A stretch of 64,000 nt of DNA, from positions 86,986,001-87,050,000 of the forward strand of contig OZ024741.1 in the NCBI GenBank assembly GCA_964016885.1, given 5' to 3'. The stretch comes from Eledone cirrhosa. Its lineage: Eukaryota. Below the pieces are notes generated by a model that was not told the DNA's origin, ran no database searches, and saw only the letters and a list, made by a program, of their open reading frames with translations. Shown one piece after another: positions 1-12,781 of this stretch (the stretch's first letter is position 1; the number at the start of each line of letters is the position of its first letter). The position numbers and the translations under genes were made by a program.

Positions 1-54
1 AGAAGAAGAAGAAGAAGAAGAAGAAGAAGAAGAAGAAGAAGAAGAAGAAGAAGA
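1..54. repeat. (AGA)n microsatellite
   Basis: Perfect AGA repeat at the window start. Confidence 0.95.
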
Positions 55-479
55 ATATAACATACGATTCACCAAACCGTAGACATTTACAGATAATAAA
101 TACACAATTATACACATGCAATATACGATGCCTATCTAATGTATGTATAACAAACACATGATGTATGCATAACAAATACATGAATGCGTACTGAACCATA
201 ATACGTCATATCTGTTTGTATATTTATTAATATACATATATCTGCCTGTAACTCTTTAAAATCTACACAAAAAAACCTACAAGCATACATACAAGACATT
301 TCCTATCTCAGTCATGTTATAGTACGAAGTTCGCTTTCCTTGCTGAACATTTATGTAATTACTAGGATTTCTTTTCAACACGCTGCATATGCAAACATTT
401 ATATGTATGAATATATAAATACAAACGCGCAATCACAGACACACTCACAGATATACATTCAAACAACGCAATAGTCTAC

Positions 480-728
480 TCGTGAAATGAACGTGTAGGT
501 GGCCAAGCACGCCACAAACGCGTGTATCTTTAACGTAGCTCTCAGAGAGATCCAACATGGCCTTGTGTGTGACACTGCTCGCTCTTTGAATTACAGGTAC
601 AGCACATTTTTGACAGATGAGAGGACAAGAACAGCTTGAAATAAGGAAACAACATGCTACCGGGAATCCAACTTACGACAGTAAGTTCGAAAGCTGAACG
701 CCCTAACTACCAAGCCACTCGCTTTCAA
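480..728 (-). mobile_element. Diverged tRNA-derived SINE (family 1-like head)
   Basis: Minus strand reads GAAAGCGAGTGGCTTGTAGTTAGGGCGTT...AGTTGGATTCCCGG...TGTTGTTTCCTT, with A/B-box-like motifs similar to 2658-2922. Confidence 0.6.
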
Positions 729-1016
729 AGAATTAAATAGCACACATACATAATCTATAGTTATTTTAATCAGTTTATTTAAACCTAATTAAGTAAAAAT
801 ATTTGAAAAATTTTGGCTCTTATACGAAATCTGTGAAACAATCAATGGAACTTTTGGCAAAAATAATTTCCGGTAAAATATTATTCTGATTCCAAATGAA
901 CTCGAAAGAATTCAATTTAGTGTATTGAATAATAATAAATATCGATTCCAGAGAAATAAAGGTAACATATTTAACATACATCTTTGTACACATAAACTAC
1001 GTATACATATATTTGT

Positions 1017-1250
<234 letters not shown>

Positions 1251-1420
1251 CATAATATATATTCATACATTTCATAACCGGTAAGACATATACTCGTTAT
1301 GAAATAAACGGGGATTAATAGAATACAAGACAAACAACTTCACACACGCACATACATACACAGGTATCTGTTTATTTGTATGTTTAAATATATATATATG
1401 TATATATGTTTATGTATATA

Positions 1421-1540
1421 TTCCGAATGAAACAGTTCTAGTCCTGTAGAAGCTATTTCTATATTAAATTACTTTTACTCTGCTATGTATTGAGTACCTT
1501 ACTTACTGTGGTTATCCCCGATTTAACCGGGGATCTACAT
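1421..1540 (+). mobile_element. Truncated pLTR fragment: 3' half of a hammerhead plus tail
   Basis: GAAA-CAG-ttctagtc-CTG-TA-gaagc followed by a ttactctg...ttgagtacc tail; same family at 37228-37356. Confidence 0.55.
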
Positions 1541-1548
1541 ATATATAT

Positions 1549-2046
1549 ATAATAAACAAATAAGACGGTTGTTTAGTCCATCCCTATTTATTTTATTATA
1601 CGTATTTCAAAGACGTATGGTACGATAGATATGCATCGTATATTACATGTGTATAATTGTGTATTTATGAGTAAGATATAACATCAGTCAAACATGTTCT
1701 CATCAGATAAAATTCACAGGAGTTGTAAATATCCTTTGATATGCTAGCGGTCAGACCAGTTATTCACTTCAGCTGGCCGGTCACTGAAGTGAATAACTGA
1801 CCGCTAGCATATCAAAGGATATTTACATCTCCTGTGAATTTTATCTGATGAGAACATGTTTGACTGATGTTATACATAAACCATAGATCTTTGAAATACG
1901 TATAATAAAATAAATAGGGATGGACTAAAGTAACTGTCTTATTTGTTTATTATTATAATAAAACTCCGAATAAACATAAACCGTTGAGTTCTTGACATCT
2001 GTTATAAAAAAAAAATCGGCTGATTTTAAATCAACCAACTTTCTCT

Positions 2047-2052
<6 letters not shown>
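1549..2052 (+). mobile_element. Fold-back mini-element (Penelope pLTR-derived) in (TA)n
   Basis: Inverted arms ~1551-1772 and ~1784-1951, a unique 3' tail (aaactccg...ccgttgagt) and TA-repeat flanks. Confidence 0.8.
1838..1911 (+). ncRNA. Type I hammerhead ribozyme (minimal stem III)
   Basis: attttat-CTGATGA-...-GAAA-T-ACGT-A-TA-ataaaat; stem I pairs. An antisense copy with a longer stem II region lies in the left arm. Confidence 0.7.
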
Positions 2053-2076
<24 letters not shown>

Positions 2077-2077
<1 letters not shown>

Positions 2078-2634
2078 ATGAAATGACAGGAGGCTGGATT
2101 TGTGTAAATCCTTGAAAGGTTTATTATACTATGATCATTTCAATGACCGGGTTCCGTATGAATCCGGTGATATCATCAGGTATTCGAAATATAATACGTG
2201 AATGTAATAGATAAAATCCATGGGGCTGAAAATCGAGGACCCGAGGGCGACCGCTATTCTGTTCCTTCAACCTCGGCCGGTCGCCCTGGAGGTTGAAGGA
2301 ACAGAATAGCGGTCGCCCTCGGGTCCTCGATTTTCAGCCCCATGGATTTTATCTATTACATTCACGTATTATATTTCGAATACCTGATGATATCACCGGA
2401 TTCATACGGAACCCGGTCATTGAAATGATCATAGTATAATAAACCTTTCAAGGATTTACAAAAATCCAGCCTCCTGTCATTTCATTATAATATTTAACTC
2501 CGTAATAGCACCACCAACTACAAAAACAAAGACGGTTGAACTGCTTTACGTTGAGTACTCTCTATATTATTGCATTACGATTGACCATACGGAATAGACC
2601 AGCGGTGAACCTCAGTGGTGAACCTCAAACCTGA
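2077..2634 (+). mobile_element. Fold-back mini-element (Penelope pLTR-derived) in (TA)n
   Basis: Near-perfect ~200-bp inverted arms 2077-2274 and 2289-2486, a 14-nt apex, and a tail ttaactccg...cggttgaac. Confidence 0.85.
2380..2437 (+). ncRNA. Type I hammerhead ribozyme
   Basis: atac-CTGATGA-(accgg...ccggt stem II)-GAAA-T-GATC-A-TA-gtat; mirror copy on the minus strand at ~2126-2183. Confidence 0.8.
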
Positions 2635-2657
2635 ATATATATATATATATATACATA

Positions 2658-2919
2658 TCACCTTGATCACCTTGACCGACCAGTCTGTCGGGCGCTAATC
2701 GGCGCCGCTGGTCACAGCACGTTGTGCTGTTTTAGCCATAAGATAACGCCATCCCACTGGCTGGGCGGGCAGGCTGGTACACATTTCTACAGCTGAGTAA
2801 ACTGGAGCAACGTGAAATAAAGTGTCTTGCTCAAGGAAACAACACATCACCCGGTCCGAGAATTGAACTCACAACCTTTCGATTGCAAGCCCAATGCTCT
2901 AACCACTAAGCCATGCGCC

Positions 2920-2922
<3 letters not shown>
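2658..2922 (-). mobile_element. tRNA-derived SINE family 1 (CORE-like domain)
   Basis: Minus: GGCGCATGGCTTAGTGGTTAGAGC...GAGTTCAATTCTCGG, central TCCTTGAGCAAGACACTT, 3' tail (TCAAGGTGA)2. Confidence 0.8.
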
Positions 2923-2996
<74 letters not shown>

Positions 2997-3349
2997 GCAC
3001 ACATTGGAAAAATGTTCGAGTGTATGCTTAAGAGTATATTTGTATGTGCTCTCTTGTATGAGTGCACATATGTATATAGACATACACGCGCATCCAGAGG
3101 TATAAAAGTGTGGGTGGGTATATATGTCTGTACTAAGGGATTCGCTTAAGCTCCAAAGCCCCCAAGCTATTGCTGTGAAGATATATATCACACTCTACTT
3201 TTGTCTAGTCTAAACAATAACTTTTCCAAACACCCACTTTACTTTTCTTTAAAAATAACACCCACCTAGTTTTATGCCTGCCTTATACTTGGATTTGGGG
3301 GCCTCTGTTGTATATATATATACACTTGTGCGTACATATATATATACAC

Positions 3350-3675
3350 CTGTATGGATTTGTGTGTGTAGATGTGTGTGTGTGTGTGTCTGAGAGGGTA
3401 GGTGTGAGTGTATGTACAAGTCAACCAACATAAGTCTTTTTATTTCTAAAATTTCTAAACTTTCTAAGTATTTGACTCTAACCATAATTTTCAGTATTAC
3501 CACCCCGCATTAATTCCTCAATTTGTATGTGTGGATGTGTGTGTGTGTCTCTGGGGGTGGGTGTGAGTGTATGTGCAAGTCAACCAACATAAGTCTTTTT
3601 ATATGTAAATTTTCTAGTATTCTACTCTAACCATAATTTTCAGTAGTACCACTCCACATAAATTCCTCAATTTAA
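3350..3675. repeat. ~160-bp tandem duplication
   Basis: Two diverged copies of gtgtgagtgtatgt.caagtcaaccaacataagtcttttt...ccataattttcagta.tacc...aattcctcaattt. Confidence 0.8.
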
Positions 3676-3949
3676 GAATGACCTGTAGTATCGAATTGCA
3701 TACTATAAACCTCAATTGAATATATATCTGACCAGGAATGCTTTTTGTGAAAATCAGTCATATGGAACTATTGTGATCTTGCCTGGCGGTTTGAACTTTA
3801 CAACACCACCTGCCTCTTTAAGGTCAAATACTAACCCTACTAGCATCTACAAACTGACCATTAAATTATTCCTAACAAGCTCATATGTCCCAAGGCTCTG
3901 ATACCATCAACACCATAAACAGAGAGCTGGCATATCTAAGAACTGACTA

Positions 3950-4005
3950 ACTGCCTGATGATGTCATAGCCATTCAATGGCTATCATCGAAATATATATA
4001 GCAGT
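3950..4005 (+). ncRNA. Type I hammerhead ribozyme (solo pLTR)
   Basis: actgc-CTGATGA-tgtcatagcc..tggctatcatc-GAAA-T-ATAT-A-TA-gcagt; same family as 27102-27156. Confidence 0.8.
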
Positions 4006-4039
4006 AAATAAAGGATTATGCAATTGACTTATGTTTCGT

Positions 4040-4080
<41 letters not shown>

Positions 4081-4086
<6 letters not shown>

Positions 4087-4457
4087 GCATAAGGAAAGTA
4101 TATACTTTCAGACGTTCAATCATCTGGCAGAAAGGTATACGATGCTGACGGTAGCTAATAAGCTTGAAACTAGTACATCGTTCCTGTGTCAGTGTTGAAC
4201 AAAAGGGCGACGATGGTTGCTTGAACACTGTACGGCGTAATTCGGGCTGTTTGTTTACAAACAAACAAACCGAGCATTATAATAAATGTTCGGTAAACCG
4301 ATACGTACATATATATATGTGTGCATGTATGTATATATATACATACTACTGTACGTCTGTATACATATATGTATGTACGTATACATACATACATACTTAT
4401 ATTTAAGTATCAGCCGTACTAAGGGTGAGAAATGAAATTTCGTTTCATTCTTTTCCA
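4081..4457 (+). mobile_element. Hammerhead-containing short repeat (retrozyme-like), partial monomer
   Basis: Homologous to 27239-27700 but circularly permuted; hammerhead at 4139-4181 (acgatg-CTGACGG-...-GAAA-CTAG-TA-catcgt). Confidence 0.65.
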
Positions 4458-5053
4458 TATATATATATATGGAAAAGAATATATATGCCCCCCCCCCCCC
4501 ATATTCACTGCAACTGCCCACAATTCCTTTCACTATGGCTTTTCCCGACTTTGAACTTACTAGCCTGGAATCCTACTCTCATGTGAATCAACACACCTGA
4601 ATTCTACCCATCTCGGACCATACAAGACTCGAAAACCCACCCCACTACATACGCACACGCCCACACACATACATACACGTATACACCTATACATGCGGCC
4701 ACACAATACACACCAACAACCACACATCTCTGCCAAATACACATACTAGCATACATACGTTCACACATATGTATGAACACATACCTCCACCAACAACACA
4801 GTTAACACCCACACACACGCAAACGCATCGAAATGTGCACCCCACCTAGACACACCGACGTATGCGTGTATATGTGTGTGTGTGCACGTGAGTGTATGTG
4901 TGTATGTGTGTGTGTGTGTGAGAGAGAGTGTATGTGTGTGTGTGTATGAGTGTGTGTTGAAATGGTTCTATTTGTTGTTAGGCGTACTCTGATTATAGTA
5001 GGGTTATTTGTCCTTTATATATAAAGTAAGTAGCAGTGTTGAACATAGCAATT

Positions 5054-5112
<59 letters not shown>

Positions 5113-5113
5113 A
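5054..5113. repeat. (AAAG)n microsatellite
   Basis: Perfect tetranucleotide repeat. Confidence 0.95.
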
Positions 5114-5214
5114 GTGAAAGGGGTACATCTTTAGCGTATAAAAGTTGTGTGGTTTGAAAGTAAAACATGATATAACGATTTCATATTGACTTTAAAAGCA
5201 GAACTAAATATTCG

Positions 5215-5366
5215 GGAGAAGGCGACGAGTCGTTAGGATGCCAGATAGAATGCTTTATTGTATTCGTTCAAGTTTTCTGTGCCCTGAGTTCCAATTCCGC
5301 CGAAGTCAACTTAGCTTTTCACCCTTTCGAGGTCAATAAAAAAGTACCAATCCAGTGTTGGGGTCA
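5215..5366 (+). mobile_element. Diverged SINE family 2
   Basis: ctgagttccaattccgccgaagtcaacttagcttttcaccctttcgaggtcaataaaaaagtacc matches the SINE-2 body at 59536-59735. Confidence 0.7.
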
Positions 5367-5907
5367 TTTCTTTCCCTGTAATTTTTCTTTTCTGGAGGAA
5401 ATTAGCAGTGTTCAGACATAGAGGGGGACAGGCTTAATGATGCCCAAGAAACGCCGTATGTAACACCCTAACAATTCTATCAGGAGTTACGAGTCCATAC
5501 ATACAAGCAGTTGATCTAAACTCAAGTATTTTCTCACTCTAAAATATGCACACTACTGCTCATATGCGTATTGGTGCTGGTTCTGTAAGCAATGTGAAGT
5601 CATTATGAAAAGTAAATTAATATTTAAAGAAATATAGAATAACAGGAATCGGTAACATTTTCTACTCGGTCGATTCTTTAAAAATATCTCTCTTTAAGCA
5701 ATCTCCGTAGAATGGGTGTCACGTAATGTGTCTAAGCTGAGAAGTCATTGCTACTTTTCTACTTAGAAAATACACTCTACTCACTAGTATTGAGTGCTCA
5801 TTCAGTTAATGCTTCAATGTTTTAAATACTACAGTATTTTAAACACAAATTCTAATATGTATATGCACACACACATATATATGTATGTATGGCATATATA
5901 TATGTAC

Positions 5908-5996
<89 letters not shown>

Positions 5997-6002
<6 letters not shown>

Positions 6003-6335
6003 TATAAGTATTAATAAAATAGATGTTCTTTTAATCAATTACATTTTATTATACATATTTCGGATGTACAATCGTACGTCCTCATCAGACAAAATATAAT
6101 GATACATGACATACCCTGAGATGTTAAATGGTTAAGATTTAATCAAGGTTTACCTTGATTAAATCTGTTGTACATCCGAAATATGTATAATAAAATGTAA
6201 TTGATCAAAAGAACATCTATTTTATTAATACTTATATTTTAATATTAATAACTCCAGAAAATTATTTTTACGGTTGAGTGCTTCCAATCTACTTTAAAAC
6301 TCATTCTTTGACATAATCATTGAATATTGTTTAAC

Positions 6336-6340
<5 letters not shown>
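5997..6340 (+). mobile_element. Fold-back mini-element with hammerhead
   Basis: Inverted arms ~5997-6071 and ~6167-6243; full hammerhead on the minus strand at 6043-6095 (attttgt-CTGATGA-ggacgtac..gtacatcc-GAAA-T-ATGT-A-TA-ataaaat); tail taactccag...cggttgagt. Confidence 0.8.
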
Positions 6341-6393
<53 letters not shown>

Positions 6394-6395
<2 letters not shown>

Positions 6396-6851
6396 GATAA
6401 ATTTCGCTCCTAATAACAGTCTTTCCTATCTCTGTTTGGTTGAGCACACTTCTCTGAGTGGCTTTGGGCTGCCCTTTCTAGCAGTTCATCCCTCAGAGGC
6501 CACTGGTTCACTGCCCTTAAACACGCTGTGACTTCTCTCTCCCACGTGTAGCTGGACAGTCAATTTTAAAATTCTCTTAGTGTTGTCTGAAATGTATGGC
6601 CTTACACACGCTGATGAACCGAGACTAGACCATTTCTTTCAACAAATTTTTGATGAAACATATCTTTGGATTTGTACGTGTGTTATATAGTTATAGAGGT
6701 ATTTATTTACGCTTTAATTTATATTTTTAATTATCGTGTCTATAGTCTGCCTTTCATAGGTTATAGATTCCATACACTGGTGGTTTTTTCCCTGTATTAT
6801 TGATAACGCACGATATATATCTCTCTCTGGTGTGTTACCTTCTCAACATAT

Positions 6852-6852
<1 letters not shown>
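6394..6852 (+). mobile_element. Solo pLTR with hammerhead at 6605-6682
   Basis: cacacg-CTGATGA...GAAAC..TTTGTA-cgtgtg; homologous to the arms of 8568-9197. Confidence 0.7.
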
Positions 6853-6889
<37 letters not shown>

Positions 6890-6984
6890 GATACATGCAT
6901 CATTTTCTCCTTGTGTGTGTGTATATATATATATCGAATGTAGAAAAGTAAAACACGAGTTGATATATATAAAAACAAATAGTA

Positions 6985-7127
6985 GAAGGCGCATGGCGTT
7001 GTGGTTAGAGCATTGGGCTTGCAATCGAAAGGTTGTGAGTTCAATTCTCGGACCGGGTGATGTGTTGTTTCCTTGAGCAAGACACTTTATTTCACGTTGC
7101 TCTAGTTTACTCAGCTGTAGAAATGAG
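6985..7127 (+). mobile_element. SINE family 1, 5' part
   Basis: Near-identical to the reverse complement of 2783-2922. Confidence 0.85.
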
Positions 7128-7460
7128 ATGATTGAACTGGGGTCCCTATCATTAAATTACCGAAGACACTTCCAACGAAATATACCTTGAAGGAGGCCAG
7201 CTGAACCTATATAGGTGTGAGCTGTCACACACAAATAGTAGAAAGAAAAAGATTTTTTCAGTACAAAATGCTGAAGAGATTTTTTTCAGTGAAATATCAA
7301 AACATTAATTTATTTACAATACCGATTTCAGCATTATATGCATTGTCAATTGCGGATATGCAGAATATTGTTAAGTTGCATATTTGTACAAATAGTGATA
7401 ATAATAATAAAAAAATAAAAAGGGGAAGAAAAATTAATTTTCACATACATGTTCATTCAG

Positions 7461-7523
<63 letters not shown>

Positions 7524-7528
<5 letters not shown>

Positions 7529-7663
7529 AGACACAAAGCAGGCTTTGTTTACAAACGGCTAGCGAAAATTAGGTTGTATCATGTGCTTACGCCGTATTTG
7601 ACTACATAGAATTAGTCTGTTAGTTGGGATTTTTAAAAACAAAGCCTGCTTTGTGTCTCCCTA
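7524..7663. mobile_element. MITE-like element with 27-bp terminal inverted repeats
   Basis: tagggagacacaaagcaggctttgttt ... aaacaaagcctgctttgtgtctcccta, TA-flanked, no coding capacity. Confidence 0.6.
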
Positions 7664-8200
7664 TTTATATACATATAGATATACCTGCTATGTTTATATA
7701 ACTTCTAATTGAATGGAAGGAAGCATGTGTGGCGTGTTGGTGTAATGGTAACAGCTGAAACAGCGATATGTTGTACACATCGCTTAAAAATATCCTTCTT
7801 CAGATGGATTAAGGATGAGGAGTGAAAACGTGCACCAGATCTCCCTGCAACAAGTCTTAACACCCCGGCGGGCAGGCGCTGCAAAATAACACCCAGGAAA
7901 CTAACCTTGCATAGCAGACCCAGCCTCAAACGACTCAGACAAACAGATGCGGTAAACAAAGGTCTCAAAATAAGCGTTGGTTACATGGCCCTGTGCGTAT
8001 CGACAATGGTAAGGTTGTAACCTCATCTTGTAGCGGATAAAAATTTGTCCGGGAAAGACTGCCCTAACACCGTCCAGAGTTACCTCCCTTGACCTGCTGC
8101 AAAATCAAAACAGGCTATTTTTGCGAGCAATGAACCTTGACGTGAATTTAACCCCCAAAACTCTTTCCGAGCAATATAAGGAACACTTTTGGTTATTTAT

Positions 8201-8240
8201 GCCCTTGAGAAGCCCAACTGGGCGAAACGTACGTAGGTGC
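8201..8240 (+). ncRNA. Hammerhead ribozyme, U3-A8 core variant
   Basis: gccc-TTGAGAA-gccc-aact-gggc-GAAA-C-GTAC-G-TA-ggtgc, followed by AATAAA; stem I is imperfect. Confidence 0.6.
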
Positions 8241-8465
8241 TATTTTAAATAAACATGTTTTAACAGTCTATTCTCCGATTTCTTACTTTCCCACGTGCTT
8301 ACGCTCTGCTAACTCTCTAGCCCACTAAATATTAACACTTCGAATATTTAATACTGCCGGCACTAATATCGAGCACCTTTGGCATGCGCTACTTGGCAAA
8401 TAACTATATGTATCACCTACCCTTCCCTTTTTTTCTCTCTCTCGATACGTAAATACTGTATATAT

Positions 8466-8560
<95 letters not shown>

Positions 8561-8567
8561 CATATAT

Positions 8568-9197
8568 ACAATATGTTGAAAAGGTAACACACTAGAGAGA
8601 GATAGTGCGCCATCAATAAAGCAGGGAAAACCACCAGTGTATGGAATCTATACTCTATGGAAGGCAGGGTAGACACACAATAATTAAAAATATAAATTAA
8701 AATGTATATACGCACCTCTATAACTATATAACACGCGTACAAATCCAAAGAGATCTGTTTCGCCAGGAAGTTGACTGAAATAGAATAGCCTATGGTTCAT
8801 CAGCGCGTGCTAGACTATACATTTCAGTCAACAACTTCCTGGCGAAACAGATCTCTTTGGATTTGCACGTGTGTGTTATATAGTTATAGAAGTGCGTATA
8901 TACATTTTAATTTATATTATTAATTATTGTAATTAAAGTACCAGTAATGCACTGGATAATTGCTGGCCTTGTTCCTAACGTAGAAACAATTATTAATTAT
9001 TGTATATCTACCCTGCCTTCCATAGAGTATAGATTCCATACACTGGTGGTTTTCCCTGTTTTATTGATGGCGCACTATCTCTCTAGTGTGTTACCTTTTC
9101 AACATATTGTATTTTAAAGAGTTCAGGATTCCTTTTCCTTTGAACACATTATTGACAGGGAATAACGAGTGTCTATGGCTCCGATAATTTATCGTGA
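8568..9197 (+). mobile_element. Fold-back mini-element with hammerhead and nested SINE tail
   Basis: Inverted arms ~8568-8785 and ~8820-9111; hammerhead on the minus strand at 8732-8809 with a full stem III; SINE-2 3' fragment at 8932-8988 with a 16-bp TSD in the right arm only. Confidence 0.8.
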
Positions 9198-9220
9198 TAT
9201 GTATATATATATATATATAT

Positions 9221-10120
9221 GATAATAAGGGCGCTGCGGAGTTGCAAATGGGTTACATATGAAAAAAGTTTGTCCTTCATCAGTGATCTTCCAACTATCA
9301 TAGGCATTTCATCGCTTTAAATACCATATACCTCCGGTTGGTGCGAGCAACGGCTAAAAAAAGTCGTTGGGACACGTAAATAAAGGGGACACGAGGGTAA
9401 ACAAACAAAATGGTGAGGCAACAGAAAGTGAGGAAGAAGGAGACAAGTCCCAGATTTCTATGAATTTAAGTTCGGTGAAATCGTGAACGAGAGAATAAAG
9501 ACCATCAAACCTGGTTGAAATGTGAGCAAGGAAGGAATTTCGCACAGGTCTAACGGGAGGAAGAAGGGGTCTGGTTTGCGAATTCAGTAAACATAAGTTC
9601 TGTGAAATCGTAGACGAGAGAGAAAAAATTCCGACCAGCTTGGCCGAGAATGTGAGAGAAAAGAATTACTCACAGGTCAAACGGGAAGAAAGAGGAGGAG
9701 GAGAGGTAGTGACAGAGAATGAGTGAGTGAAGGGTGAGGTGAGGAAGAGGCTAACAGAGAGAGAGAGAGAGACTGCTAGAAAGGGTAAAGATACATAGAA
9801 CGAAAAAGACGGTGTAGCAGCAGAGGAAAAAATATGTGTAAATATGATAATAAGGGCGCTGCGGAGTTGCAAATGGGTTACATATGAAAAAAGTTTGTCC
9901 TTCATCAGTGATCTTCCAACTATCATAGGAATTTCATCGCTTTAAAGACCATATACCTCCGGTTGGTGCGAGCAACGGCTAAAAAAAGTCGTTGGGACAC
10001 GTAAATAAAGGGGACACGAGGGTAAACAGACAAAATGGTGAGGCAACAGAAAGTGAGGAAGAAGGAGACAAGTCCCAGATTTCTATGAATTTAAGTTCGG
10101 TGAAATCGTGAACGAGAGAA
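9221..10120 (-). repeat. Non-coding element with 275-bp terminal direct repeats (period 625 bp) in (TA)n
   Basis: 9221-9495 is nearly identical to 9846-10120; purine-rich spacer; strand inferred only from a CTGATGA and a tail-like motif. Confidence 0.7.
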
Positions 10121-10440
10121 TATATATATATGCAACCTAAAAATAAAATTGAACACTTGATTCAATGGAGCCCCAGCTACACCCCTACTCCATCATATAC
10201 AAACAAAAGAAAAACCATAACCTTCCTTAAAACATCACCACACCAAACATATTTCTTCATAATTGAAAAATATTTTTTCATTATGTCAATATTATCCACT
10301 TTTTATTCAAATATATGTCGTAATTTCAACAGAACGTTCAATCATCTTTATATCCATTTTTCTTTATCCTTTTGTTCTTGTTTTTATTTACAAACCCTGA
10401 AAATACACTTGAGCTATTGACACAATGGAACTCCATCAAA

Positions 10441-10565
<125 letters not shown>

Positions 10566-10778
10566 ACGCACACAAACGCACACACCACAACAACAAAATA
10601 GCTGTATCAACAGGGGGGGTGGTTTGTCCAAATAAGGGCATATATTGTTTATCCAATAGAAACGGCAAGAGTCAGCTGTCGAGGTCCCGACTCTATATAA
10701 TATAATCATCCTCTACTATCCAAGTATCGAGTTCTTTGTTGAGTCATGGTCTAACCAGTTTCTAACTGAATCCATGCT

Positions 10779-10827
<49 letters not shown>

Positions 10828-11436
10828 ATATATATATATATGTATATATATATTTATATTATTTTTAGGTTTAATCAATACATATAAAATATGTATAGAT
10901 AATATTTCGCTGTAAAAGCTCAATAAACTAGTTTAGAGCATCACGTGGATAATATCTAAATAAATTTTTCCCCAAAGGGTAGAGTCTAGGCTTTTAATGC
11001 AGCACGAGATATATATGTATTTTAGCGAAGACTTAAACATACTAACGAAGAGAATCATATGCACACACACGCACACATAACACGCGCGCGCGCACACAAA
11101 CGCACCACAACAACAACATAGAAAAGGAACTTTCTTTTTAAATCAAAAGAATTTTCTAGTATATTGAACCTTGATCTGTCGAACGCCACTTCCACACTCA
11201 CCACCTGCCTTCATAAAGAATATATATAAAAAGAGATTATTTACAGAATATTCACTTAAGTTCTATTTCCCCACAAAATATGAAAACATGGTTGTTTAAA
11301 CATATAAGATTGACATACCAATCGAAACCTGTTATACTTGATAAAACTTGAATTCATTTAATGTAAAAAATATAAAAATATTTATTAATTTGTTAAAGTA
11401 AAGAGGAATCTTTATAAATATACTTAGGTGTTTCCC

Positions 11437-11467
<31 letters not shown>

Positions 11468-12717
11468 GGAGTAAGTAAGACCCCGACGGCTGAGCTCAAG
11501 CCGTTTCGACGACTAATTCTGTACTAAATGAAAAATCAGTTCTGGTATTTAAATAGCCGAACTTGTCAAGGGGCAATTCCATATATGGTCAAAGAGATAA
11601 TCACCAGGATTGGTCATCCCACAAGGTAGTAGTAATTCTGCGATGGCAAGTTGGTGGGGGAGGTAGCCAAACCTGCCAGTAGGAGAAAAGGGGAGAGGGG
11701 GCGGAGTAGACCCATTCATGCGTTGGTGGTGCCAGCTACAGCTGGGTGTGAGGTCAAAGAGGAAGCAGGGGAGGGGGAGGGGGAGGAGGTCAATACTGTA
11801 AGTAGAACGATGAAAATGTAAAACTGTAAAAGGTACTGAGAGAGAAAAGAAATATAAGCGGAATCTGGTTACTAAGACTTAATTCTCTCGCTATTGCTAG
11901 GCTGAAGAAATACATAAATAAGTAAATAAGAAATACATAAATAATATTCCACATAAGTAAATAAGAAATACAAAAATAATATTCCACATAAGTAAATAAG
12001 AAGTACATAAAGAATATTCCACATAAGTAAATAAGAAATACATGAATAATATTCCACATAAGTAAATAAGAAATACATAAGTAATATTCCACATAAGTAA
12101 ATAAGAAATACGTAAATAATATTCCACATAAGTAAATAAGAAATACATAAGTAATATTCGACATAAGTAAATAAGAAATACGTAAATAATATTCCACAAG
12201 AAATACATAAGTGAGTAAATAAACAAATAAGTGAGTAAAAGGATGGATAGAAAGATTTAAAAAAAAAAAAAATATATATATATATAATGTAGAATAAAAA
12301 GAATAAGAAAACAAATGATAATGATAGAACAAAAAAACCTAGGTGTGACGGAGATAAAGGGACCCTTATGCGGGGTATAAGTGCGTGTATCGTACGGTGA
12401 CGGGTCAACAGAGGGGGGGGGGGGGGTCGGAATACTACAGAGACCACCACGAAAAAATAAATAAATAACGGTTTCTACCCCAAACACCGGGCCAGCAACC
12501 ACCCAGTGCAAGAAAGTAGACTAGTACGAGAATGTAATTCAGGGTCCCGCAGAAAAATACTGGTGCTAACTCTAAGGGTACCGCCACGAAACAAAATGTC
12601 TTATACAAGCTACATGAAAAGTCGTACGAATTAAAAATAAAGAACGGAAAATTAATACAGGAAAAAAGGGAAAAAGGGAAAAAGAAGAAAGAGATACTGG
12701 ATCGATAAAAAAAAGTG

Positions 12718-12720
<3 letters not shown>
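11468..12720 (-). mobile_element. Penelope-B-related 3'UTR/pLTR copy without ORF
   Basis: Reverse-complement homology to ~34150-35165; U3-A8 hammerhead at 11480-11575 on the minus strand. Confidence 0.85.
11918..12215. repeat. 35-bp minisatellite, ~8 copies
   Basis: Unit ataagtaaataagaaatacataaataatattccac; attcc(g) recurs every 35 nt from 11946 to 12191. Confidence 0.9.

Positions 12721-12778
<58 letters not shown>

Positions 12779-12781
<3 letters not shown>

Noticed and set aside
2077-2486. Palindromes as amplification or assembly chimeras, or as ordinary MITEs
   Set aside because: Arms differ by substitutions, indels or nested insertions in several cases, and they carry one-sided tails and hammerheads, matching PLE geometry. 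An artefact is not excluded for the identical-arm cases.
2850-2922. tRNA gene
   Set aside because: The tRNA-like head continues into SINE core and tail and is repeated elsewhere in the window.
10890-10960. Possible minus-strand hammerhead
   Set aside because: Core too degenerate to support a call.
11790-12450. Repetitive ORFs and a CRISPR-like 35-bp periodicity
   Set aside because: Head-to-tail minisatellite with no unique spacers, no cas genes and a eukaryotic context.
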